The notes beneath the pieces were generated by a model. It saw only the letters and a program-made list of their open reading frames with translations, did not search any database and was not told where the DNA came from. Shown here one piece after another: positions 35,201 through 44,756 of a stretch of 64,000 nucleotides of DNA. Source of the DNA: Eukaryota sp. TZLM1-RC (lineage: Eukaryota > Protista > Metamonada: BaSk clade). Position 1 is the stretch's first letter; the number at the start of each line of letters is the position of its first letter. A program made the position numbers and the translations under genes. The stretch lies in NCBI GenBank assembly GCA_040285825.1, contig JAUPSS010000002.1:1860001-1924000 (forward strand), in the 5' to 3' direction.

Positions 35201-35299
35201 AGAATGGATTTAAACAGCAGTATAATTAATCAAATGACTGAAAGAACTATTAGTTTTTTAAGAGTGAAGTACCTCAAGAAATCAACACTACCACACTAA
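32265..35299 (+). pseudogene. Fanzor family C polyprotein relic: Ulp1-like protease, PolB-type exonuclease, Fanzor (3'-truncated)
   Basis: Protease QW.FV...FDS...NDCGIF (32400-32720); exonuclease RILYFKIET, SSEK..F..YNPHLICGFSIVKLD, GRFFVD, LLGESKID, HCLRD (33005-34100); Fanzor YEVKRT.., IESDG, AADPGKSDL (34150-35299). Confidence 0.75.
33337..33714 (+). mobile_element. RLE non-LTR 3' fragment inserted in the exonuclease domain of Fanzor C
   Basis: LCPFAFSLF...FWPNRIVFSIFKG...EEIDF; atatg duplicated at 33332-33336 and 33715-33719; removal restores NPHLI-CGFS. Confidence 0.8.
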
Positions 35300-36241
35300 T
35301 TGTTTATATTCCCTGTGCTGATGCCACATGAACATCTTCTGAAAGTGATGAATTTGACTCAACATTATACCTAGAAAAAAGTAGACAAAAGCTTCATGCC
35401 ATGTCATCAAAAGTGCTTAAAGAACATCAAATTTCGCAAAATTACTAACAAGAAGGCCTTACCGGAACAGAGGTAATGCCATTGCATAACGTTTTTCTGT
35501 TTGCTTCGAAAATGTCGGCTAATATTGTCATTATCTTTGCAAAGATTATCCAACCATCACAATGACATGATTTCTTTAACAAAAATACAATTAAGTTTAA
35601 TAATCACAAAGCTGATATATTATTTAGAGAAAACATCAGGATCCACTGCCTCGTGTTCATTCTCCCAATCTCCCCCTGTATGGTAATGTACAGTAAAGAA
35701 TTGAGGCGAATCAATTACATTTTGATCAGAACCCCATAAGGGTGTTCCTGGTTCAGCAGTCACAGATGATGGTGAGTTTGTAATAGCTGATGGAGTAATT
35801 GCTTCATGCTCAGAATCTGAGGAGAGCATTGCAATTGGACCTTCAAATATTAAATCACTTTTCAATATAGGCATTATATGTAACTGAGAAACAGGTCAGT
35901 AGATTGCTAAGCTTAATTCATAAATGTTGGTAGTAATTTGCGAAGTTTGCGAATGTAAACCTGCAGTCACTAGTGAACGAAACACTAATAAAATTTGTGA
36001 TGAACAGATTTACGGTACACCTAGGTAGATGTGGTGGTAGTTTGCGAATGTAAAGCAGTTGAAGACAACATTGATAAATTTAGAATTTAAATAAAGATGA
36101 CACCTTCCAACATTATACAACTACTACAGAACCTCTGTTCTTGTTTCATTTTTCTCCAATAAAAGCTTTTCCGACAAGATGTCATTCAATATGTCAATAT
36201 TTCAATATACATATGAATATAACACTAATTATCACTAATCA

Positions 36242-36985
36242 CTAAACTTTGTACTCATACTCCCAGTCAAGAGAGATCCACACCAATTCACTGAACACCT
36301 CAACATCAAAGTAATCTCCCAATACCTTATTACTACTGGAAATAAACTTATTTAAATCAAGTTCTCCATCCACATCCCACTTCAACCCCCTAGTACACAT
36401 AGAAACTTTCCCTGTCATTGGAAGCAATCCTACAGTATTGGTTGAATGAGGAATTCTGTTTACTCTGTGAGACCCTGTTCGGAGTAACAAAAGATAATTG
36501 TAAAGAGAAAAACAAATGATCTGCTCAAACTCCTTGGCATTGTTTAGAGCCGCAATATTGGCCACAACTTGGTCAAACCTGCCTCCCAGGACTCCTATCA
36601 CTACTAAATTGGGAGACTTGCTGAGAGATTGAATGAAAGTTAGAGCTTTGGTACAGTCGTTGGCATCCTGAGAAGATCTCTGTATGATATCAGTACCACC
36701 ATGACTTAACTTTGTCGTTTGTGCTGAATCTAAATCACCAATGCAATAGTCTGGATACTTGGGATGAGTAGCAAGAATATTAGAATTGGAGTGTAATATG
36801 AGATTAGCACCCCCATCTGCAGCTACAACCACTGAAGAATTATCCCAAATGTACGATAGGTTACCATGACAAATGCGATCAATAATGGACTGGTCTGTTG
36901 GTGAATTCAAGATGAGCAATGAGTATGAGTTTGGTAGGGGAAGGTCTTCCATTGTTGAAACAAGGTTTTTTTTATTTTCCATCAT
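36242..36985 (-). CDS. TPK1: Thiamine pyrophosphokinase
   Basis: AADGGAN, IGDLDS, QDANDCTKAL, LGGRFD, TRGLKW, SSSN. Confidence 0.95.
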   Translation of the reverse strand: MMENKKNLVSTMEDLPLPNSYSLLILNSPTDQSIIDRICHGNLSYIWDNSSVVVAADGGANLILHSNSNILATHPKYPDYCIGDLDSAQTTKLSHGGTDIIQRSSQDANDCTKALTFIQSLSKSPNLVVIGVLGGRFDQVVANIAALNNAKEFEQIICFSLYNYLLLLRTGSHRVNRIPHSTNTVGLLPMTGKVSMCTRGLKWDVDGELDLNKFISSSNKVLGDYFDVEVFSELVWISLDWEYEYKV

Positions 36986-37464
36986 CTCCCCCTTTTCTGT
37001 TCAAAAGTCGCTGAGAAAGAGACGAGCTGTTGTATTGAGATCAGGAAGTTTTGGTGTCAGGAGACGTTCAATTGATATTTCTTCAGTGATGATCATGAAG
37101 TTATTGTAGCTTTTGCAAAAGAACAGTCACTCTCTTTCTGTAAATCTAAGCCAAAGGTTATTTCAGAAATTGTTTCTCATATTGTTAATTGAGAACAATG
37201 TCTGTCTTTGTGACCATCTAGAAAGCTCACCAACCAGAGATGAACATAAACCATATCCGGTAAAATTCCTTATCAATTTACATAACCTCGGACATGTTTT
37301 CCAAAAACAATGTTGTGTTGCTTTTTGCTTATCACTCGGACATTGATTATTGTTTACTGATTCTGAAAATGCACATAATGTTGTTGATTGCACATAGAAT
37401 AAAGAAATACTCAATGTGGGAAAATTGAATTTGGCGCCTTCCAATTTGTCCAACTTTCTCTACG

Positions 37465-38055
37465 ATGTCAGATCTCACTGCCACAGAATTGAGTACTATT
37501 TCCGATCTACTGAATGCTCGTAAGTTCTCCCTCCTCAAGAACTTCATTTTTCGTCTTCCGGGTGCTAGGAGATCTGTAGCTCTATCCTGTGTTTACTCCA
37601 TCCTAAAATTACCTTCAATGTCTGGTAACAAAGGAATTTGGCTGCACGTTCCCTCCGTAAGAGATGGAGACACTGAGATGGCTCATCGATTCCTTTTGTC
37701 AGTAGCAAAATTACTGAACAACAATCCTGACGAAGAATTGTACCAATTTCCATCTGGATTCAGATTGGATGGATATTTTGGCCAATCAATCATTTTTGAT
37801 TATGCACCACCGTCTTTTGAAAGTTTGAATCGAAGTTGTTCAGACTATATTTGTGAGTACAAACTCTATAGATGGAAAACTTTCTCCTGCCATCTCAACA
37901 CTCATTACGTTCCATCCGAAAAGGAAAAAATTCAATCCAATGAACCTTATCAGTCACATAGGGGTGAAATGTACCCCTTGGATTACAAAATTTTTGTGGT
38001 TATTTCTGCTTTTCATTTGGAGAACAATCAGTTTCTTCAAGGAGAGCTGAACTAA
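37465..38055 (+). CDS. Hypothetical protein, possibly a degenerate CRESS-virus Rep SF3 helicase domain
   Basis: GIWLHVPS, RLDGYFGQSIIFD and NTHYVP spaced like Walker A, Walker B and motif C; Walker A GKS/T is missing. Confidence 0.35.
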   Translation: MSDLTATELSTISDLLNARKFSLLKNFIFRLPGARRSVALSCVYSILKLPSMSGNKGIWLHVPSVRDGDTEMAHRFLLSVAKLLNNNPDEELYQFPSGFRLDGYFGQSIIFDYAPPSFESLNRSCSDYICEYKLYRWKTFSCHLNTHYVPSEKEKIQSNEPYQSHRGEMYPLDYKIFVVISAFHLENNQFLQGELN

Positions 38056-38619
38056 ACAACTTTACTTTAAACAAGTAACCATTACGCCCCAATTGCTCAA
38101 CAATAAGGAACAGTTTTTGGATGTTGTTTATCGATTTAAAAAACTGTTCCAAATAAACAGCAAGCCATACTACGAGAATGATATAGTGCCTCTGCGTTCT
38201 GATGATATGTCCAACCTTCTTGATGATTCTTCTTCTAATAACTCTCCACTTACTCGTCCTTATTCTACTTCTCAAGCTCCTGTCACTATTATCCAGAACT
38301 ATCATGTAAATGCAAATGTGACCAATATGTACAATAGTGTACTTGTCACTTACAAGGATGATGATCTACCAACTGTATGAACATTACTGTAACATTGATT
38401 TTAAAAATATCAACTAGTATAACCATTTCTTCAAAATTCACATATTAAATTCGCTTAAACATTTAGTAGAATGATTTATTTGTCCTATATTTCGTATATT
38501 TATATATTATCTAGTTACATTTACACAAACTATTAAGAGCCATGGAAATTAAGAACAATTATCACAATGATATTGCGGAAAATAATATTGACCTTAATGC
38601 ATCTGAGCAATGAAACTTG

Positions 38620-41600
38620 ATGTCAGACATCTCTCAGCGTGATCACCTTGACATTTCACATTTTTCTAACATCATGCAGCAAAAGGAGAAAAAGGATAAC
38701 GAGGTTACGGACTCAGTTCCCACCTCCTCCTTCAACCTGTTCTTCACAGAACAGCAGAGTACTTCTTCCCGAACTCCTCAGTCGGGAACAGTCATCCTGC
38801 TTTACAGGAATAAACGGAACATCAGAGCCTCGATTTTTTATCGAAATCGTTGTTCTGATCCTTCCGTGGGGGTAGAATACTGCAGTTTTTCCAGTCATCA
38901 TGTGAGTCATGATATGGGTGCTGTTGAATCAGACATGGTGCTAATCATTTTGGATATGGGATGTTCTTCTTTGTATTTTGTTTTACATTGTTGTTTTGAT
39001 GTTTTTGAGTTTGTTCATTTTTGTGGTTTATATACTTGTACCTTAGATACGGGATGTTGTGTCTTAAATTGCTATTTCAGTCATGTTGAGTTTGATTATC
39101 ATGTTTATAATTTATCTTTTCAATCCAATAGCTGCCAACGTCTTCTATCAACAAACCCATTTACTGTTGATTTAACAAAAGATGGAGATGTTGAAACAAA
39201 TCCTGGTCCCAGAAAGAGAAGATCCGATTTTAAATCAACTCCTCCATCAAAAATTATCAGAAATGCCATTTTTTGACCAACAAACATCAAAGCGTAAGCG
39301 AAAAAAACAACAAAAAGCACTGAATCGAGAAATTTGTATTGAAAATACAATGTTGAATATCGAGAACAGGAAGATTTTGACAAAAAAACCATTGAAACCG
39401 AATAAGGTCAAAAAAATTGAGCCAAGTCGTGGTGGTTTCAAGCCTGATCCGTTGATTCAATTCAAATCAATGACCCCAAATCAAAATCTCTCCACTGTTA
39501 TGTGCTTTGATTCTTGAAACCTATCAGGATGGTCATCTTTACCAAAATCATGATAGCCAATTTCTCCCACCTGACGAGGTTATCAGCAAAAAGAGAGAAG
39601 AGGGTGCAAATCTTTTGAAAAAGAAAACTGATGAGCAAATGGGTGAGTGGATTTCAGATCAAAAAGTGTTTTTAATTTCGATTGTTATTGGTAAGTTTGA
39701 TCGTCATAATTTCTTTTTGGAGAGTAAATATCCACTTATGTTGAGAATGAGTCCTCAAATCAGATTACCAGACATTGATATGGATGTTCAGGTAGAAATT
39801 CTCTGACGAAAAAATTTTGCTTCGTAGGTTCTTAAACCTTATTGGTATTCATCAACCTTTTTGTTTTCTTAATCATAATTTAATGCAGTTTGATTTACAG
39901 GTTTTGAAAAATAGATTAAATCATTTTGATTTACCTTTTCCCACCGTTCCAGATGATACAGCAATTGATGTGCTCAATCAATTTTCACCGAGATGGAGAG
40001 AAGTTGTCATCAAGGAAATTGGCATTTTTCTTTTAGATACTTTGGTTCTTGCCAAAAAATTCATAAAAATACCCTACGGACATGGATTAGGCAATCTGGC
40101 ATATAAAATGATCAATGAAAAGAAAATCAAACTTCATCAGGAATTTTCCCATATTTTGCCAATTGATTGTTTAGCTACTTCTACTCTGATACAAAATTCG
40201 ATTCAATATGGGCTTCCTGATTGTTTCCTTTGTCAACTTTTCGTGATCTTTCAGAAAGACAAATTTATTGTATCATCTTATAAAACCATTCGAGCAACCG
40301 TCAACTCAATGGTTAAACATTCAAACGTAATACTCAAATTGTGAGAAACTGCTCTAAAATTTCAACAGTTACATATTCACACCACATGTTGCTTAAAGCT
40401 GTATTTACAGTCTTGTTTTGAACGTAATTTTATACCACCACGAATATCTGCCCAATTATATGAATCATTAATGGCCAGAATTCGTTATATTTCAGCTGAG
40501 TATTATGGGCAAAAAATGGCGAAACCAAAAAGTGCATTTCCACAGGATTTTGAAAACTTTATTTATGGTGAAGGAGATGATAGATTATCGACTGCCTTTG
40601 AAGAACAAAAGTTGAACAAAACATTGAGTTATGTAGACCATTTGAGATATAGGCCTGAGTTTTTTCCACTATTTCCAACTAATGGATTCAGTAGACCACC
40701 TGGGTATATGGCCCCAGTAATGTTTGCCAATTTTGAGAATAACTTGAAATTGAATTATGAAAAACATATTAATCGATTTATTAATGTCTTTTTTAACAAA
40801 CCAGATTTGGAAAATGTGTTATCAGAAAGGCACAAGCTGGGTGGATACTCGACGCCATTATCTACAATTAATTCACTTTTTAGATTTAGACTTCGTCAAT
40901 TCAAAAACTTGTTTTTAGTTGATGATAGAGATTGCTTGAGTTCTTTGTTTCATCATCCAGAAAATACTTCAGACCTTCTGGATGATGAATTTTTCGATTT
41001 ATGTGAACAACATGATATAAGAAATAATGAACGTAGAGACATATTTGAAGGTCTTATTGAGCCTTTTACTTGCCAAATTGAGAATTTGGTCACTGACGAG
41101 AATTTAGTTGATAACATATTTCCAGTGAATATACATTTTCTTGCAGACGCTGTTGAAAAAGATCCTCAATTATTCCCAAAACCAGCAATTAGAATTGCTC
41201 AATATATCTCCAGTAGAGAGAAAAAAACCTTATCATATTTCTCCTGTTTCAACCACTGTAGGCCCTGGATATTTTCCTATGGATACAAGAACAATATGGA
41301 CAATTATTAGACAAACACTGATGGACGATTTGTTGCCTGATCAGAAATTCAAAATGGTCAATACACAAGCCCAAATTACGAAATTCAAACCACCTGAGCA
41401 ATTTGACTTTTGGTCTAATATCCTCGATTTAAACCAACCAATGTTCAAACAGAAGAGCTATAAATTCAACAGCATTATCCACACAGATGGATTTAATATT
41501 GCAGTAGAATTTGTTCGTCAGGATTTACAAGGTCAGAAATGTAAGCCAGACAACAAGGCTAGTATTTCTGATTTATATATTGATGACGTTGATGTTGATA

Positions 41601-42505
41601 ATTTTCAAAGCAAACGAATTGTTGTTTGTGATCCTGGAAAACGTGATTTAATATACTTTGGGAGTAAAAAGACTGATGAAGAACTAGCCATGGTGCCTGA
41701 ACATGAAACTGAACAACAAAGAAATAGTCAGGTGATGAATCAAGACAAGAAGTACAAATGGTTGAGAATGACTCAGATGTCCTGGTCTTTGAAAAGTAGG
41801 ATGAATGAAAAACAAAAACGATGGGCTACAAAGTATACTGAAATAGATTACGACAGGAACCAAATGATAGAGTCTAACCAAATGACAATCGAAGATGCAA
41901 ACACCGAATTATCTGCGTTTACTGCCAATTCAGCAACTTTTATAGGTTTTTCCAACTTTGGGTTGCCAAACTTCGGCAAGTTTTTTGACAATTGACTTTT
42001 ACAGTCTTGACTTGTGGAGCATTCATAAAATGCACGCTTTTATTCACAAACAAAGACTGAAAGTTGGTTGTTAAAAAATCTTGTGCAGCAGTTTGGCAAC
42101 CCAAAAGACACTTGATTAGTAATGGGTGATTATAGTAAAAAAGGTTCCAAGAATTTGAAACATCAGAGACCTACTCGAGGCAGTGGTTGGATTCAATTTC
42201 TGAAAAGAAATGTGTTTGAAGAATTGATGATTAATGAAGCTTACACTTCAGCAAAATGTCCTGTTTGTTTTGAAAAGGTTGCTACGCTTTTGAGAGTAAC
42301 AAATTCCAGATTCTATAGAAGAGAAAGGACTCCTTTTACTACGTGTCATGGTTTATTAGCTTGTAACAGTGAGAGTTGCAAACTCAGTAACAAAGGCTCA
42401 ACAAAGATTTTCAATAGAAATAAGCTGGCTTGTCTGAATATGTTTGCAATTGCTGAAGCCAGAATGAGTGGTAATGAAAGGCCTCAGTATCTGTGTTGCA
42501 GATAG
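38620..42505 (+). pseudogene. Fanzor family A polyprotein: leader, 2A, PolB-type DEDDy exonuclease, Fanzor
   Basis: DVETNPGP (39187-39210); ExoI MCFD/LET, FSDEKILLRRF, ExoII NLMQFD, ExoIII YGLPD; Fanzor YKTIRAT, IHTDG, VCDPGKRDL, INEAYTSAKCPVC, HGLLAC, FNRNKLACLNM, ERPQYL; about six 1-nt frameshifts and two stops. Confidence 0.88.
39169..39210 (+). other. 2A-like ribosomal skipping (StopGo) peptide DLTKDGDVETNPG/P
   Basis: Exact match to the D(V/I)ExNPGP consensus with the typical upstream DLTxDG, in frame with ATG 38620. Confidence 0.85.
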
Positions 42506-42559
42506 TTTTTGCAATTATTCCACACGAAAATAGATCGTGTACTTATGGGAATTTTCCAT
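42475..42559 (+). ncRNA. Candidate omegaRNA / 3' terminus of Fanzor family A
   Basis: Overlaps the last codons; stems tatctg/cagata, acacga/tcgtgt, aattattcca/tgggaatt; conserved at 8995-9074 and 51706-51790 with abrupt divergence afterwards. Confidence 0.6.
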
Positions 42560-43149
42560 CGTCATTTTGATTCAACTCAACTTGAAATGACGTGCTCAAC
42601 TCATGACTCCAGTTGCCGTTTCCCATAAAACAATTACATGTGAACCAAGACTAGTTACAATTTAAAAAGACACAAGGTACCTTAGGTGGACATTCAAATA
42701 CGAATGATATGGTAATAGACACAAAATAAATTCACATTTGATGGGACCAAATTCACTGAAAACCAGTCAATTATCTACATTCATGTTTTGATAGTTTAGG
42801 TTATAAAATCTGCTGAGCTTTTAGTAGCTGCTTAAGTGCTCTGTGCACCATTAAGAAATCAGAGTTGCACTTTTACAAAAAAAATTGAAAAATCTGATGT
42901 ATCTTAAGTGCTTTCAACTGGAGTAATGATCATGTCGACTCAAAAATTGAACTAATTAGAGTAATGACATTTTACACACTACAACACTGAATGCTATGGA
43001 ATCAGATCGAATGGGACTAAACCCAATGAACCAAAATTTCTTATTAATTACATTATTAATAAACATAAATATAAAGATTAATACTTACACTAAAAGTTTA
43101 CAGCATCAACAGTACTGTGCAAAAAATTGATTTTGAATGAAATTTCAAT

Positions 43150-43572
43150 TTGATCAAAGAATCTGATGGTCCTGTAATTCATTGGGCAGATGTTGGTAGT
43201 AATGCCAAGAATGAAGCATTTAATTTTTTGTTAAATGAATTCAGCTCTTTGCAAGGTGTATCAAGTGCCATTTTTACGACAATTTCTACCATTCGAAATG
43301 AAGTATCTGCAGAAAGAGACATGGCAGCCATCCAGAGGACAAGAAACAGCAACTGGGGAAAAACTGGCATATATCAAAAATGGGAGATTCATTTGGGATA
43401 CCTATCAGAAATGCGACAAACAGATGCAGTTTCAAAATTCGGACTTTTGGGTAGTCTTTTCCAGATGGATTCTAAGGCTTGGCTTGAGTTTGCTCTCAAT
43501 AACCACCAGGATATTCTTATATTTCTTTGTTTTCATTTCAGAAACCAGAATGTTGCACTGTCATACAAATAA
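43150..43572 (+). CDS. Possible short hypothetical ORF
   Basis: 140-codon open frame with a TTG start; no recognised domain. Confidence 0.25.
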   Translation: MIKESDGPVIHWADVGSNAKNEAFNFLLNEFSSLQGVSSAIFTTISTIRNEVSAERDMAAIQRTRNSNWGKTGIYQKWEIHLGYLSEMRQTDAVSKFGLLGSLFQMDSKAWLEFALNNHQDILIFLCFHFRNQNVALSYK

Positions 43573-43688
43573 ACTAAAACACCACTTTTACACCACACTT
43601 ATCACCTCAAAGATTATGTCTGAAAGAAAAAGATCCAACGCCCAAAAAGACCAAACAAGGTTGTGAATTTTGTTTCCCCTACACAACA

Positions 43689-44657
43689 ATGACATCTTTA
43701 TCTGGTATCATTAAGTCTCTCGAAATTATATATCCACGCTCATTGAGTGAAGATTGGGATATTCAAGACCCTCTCCAAGTTGGTGACACAGAGGCCAACA
43801 TCACCAAAATTCTAGTAGCTCTTGATGTACGAGATGAGGTGATTGATGAAGCAATTCAAATAGGAGCTGATCTTATACTAACCCACCACCCATTCATATT
43901 CAAACCTATAAAATCCATCACCAGTACCGATCCTCTTGCTAGGAGGATAATGAAGATGATTAGGCACAATATTGCATGTGTTTGTTACCATACTTCAGCT
44001 GATTCCGCAATCGGGGGGCTTAATGATTTCTTAGCCTTCCAACTCGGTTTGGATGACCTTAGACCTATTCTTCCAAGTGATTCTACTAACGATGAGCTCT
44101 CCACTATTGCTTTTGGTAATATTAAACTTCCATCAACTCAGTTGGAGCTCCCTCTTTCGAAAGGAATGTTCTTTTCTGTTGATGATTCAACATCAAGGTG
44201 CCTTATTTATGGCGAGTCTGATCTCAAGAACCAACTGGAACCCTTGTACTCTCTTCGAGCTGGTCTGGGCAGAAGAGGGGAGTTTAAAGAGGAAAAATCC
44301 GTGAACGAGGTTGTTACTATGTTGAGGACTACTTTTGAAATGTTTTTGGGTAGTAAACACGTACAGCCTATCAGAGTCGCTGGAAGTCTCGAGAAAAAGG
44401 TCAAAAAGATTGGTATCTGTTCAGGTTCAGGAAGCAGTCTTCTGCCCAAAGTTACTGATTGTGATCTCTTTATTACTGGTGATGTTGGTTTTCATCACGT
44501 CCAAGCTGCTGTTGACTCTGATGTTGTGATTGTGGATGCTACTCACTGGAACACTGAAGGGATTTATGAAGAGGTATTTGCCGAACGGATAAAATCTTTG
44601 GTTAATGTGGAAGTTGTTCGGTCAGAGTTTAAGGGTGATTTATTTATTAATTGTTGA
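43689..44657 (+). CDS. NIF3: NIF3/YbgI family dinuclear metal-centre protein
   Basis: EDWD..LQVGD, ILTHHPFIF, HTSAD, GLND, CSGSG, FITGD, THWNTE. Confidence 0.92.
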   Translation: MTSLSGIIKSLEIIYPRSLSEDWDIQDPLQVGDTEANITKILVALDVRDEVIDEAIQIGADLILTHHPFIFKPIKSITSTDPLARRIMKMIRHNIACVCYHTSADSAIGGLNDFLAFQLGLDDLRPILPSDSTNDELSTIAFGNIKLPSTQLELPLSKGMFFSVDDSTSRCLIYGESDLKNQLEPLYSLRAGLGRRGEFKEEKSVNEVVTMLRTTFEMFLGSKHVQPIRVAGSLEKKVKKIGICSGSGSSLLPKVTDCDLFITGDVGFHHVQAAVDSDVVIVDATHWNTEGIYEEVFAERIKSLVNVEVVRSEFKGDLFINC

Positions 44658-44756
44658 ACTGAGAAGGTTTTGGGTAATAAATGTAAATAGAAAATTGTAA
44701 TTAAAATAATTTACAAATAAATAAATTAAAATGTACAGTAAAGGTAAGAACACCAG

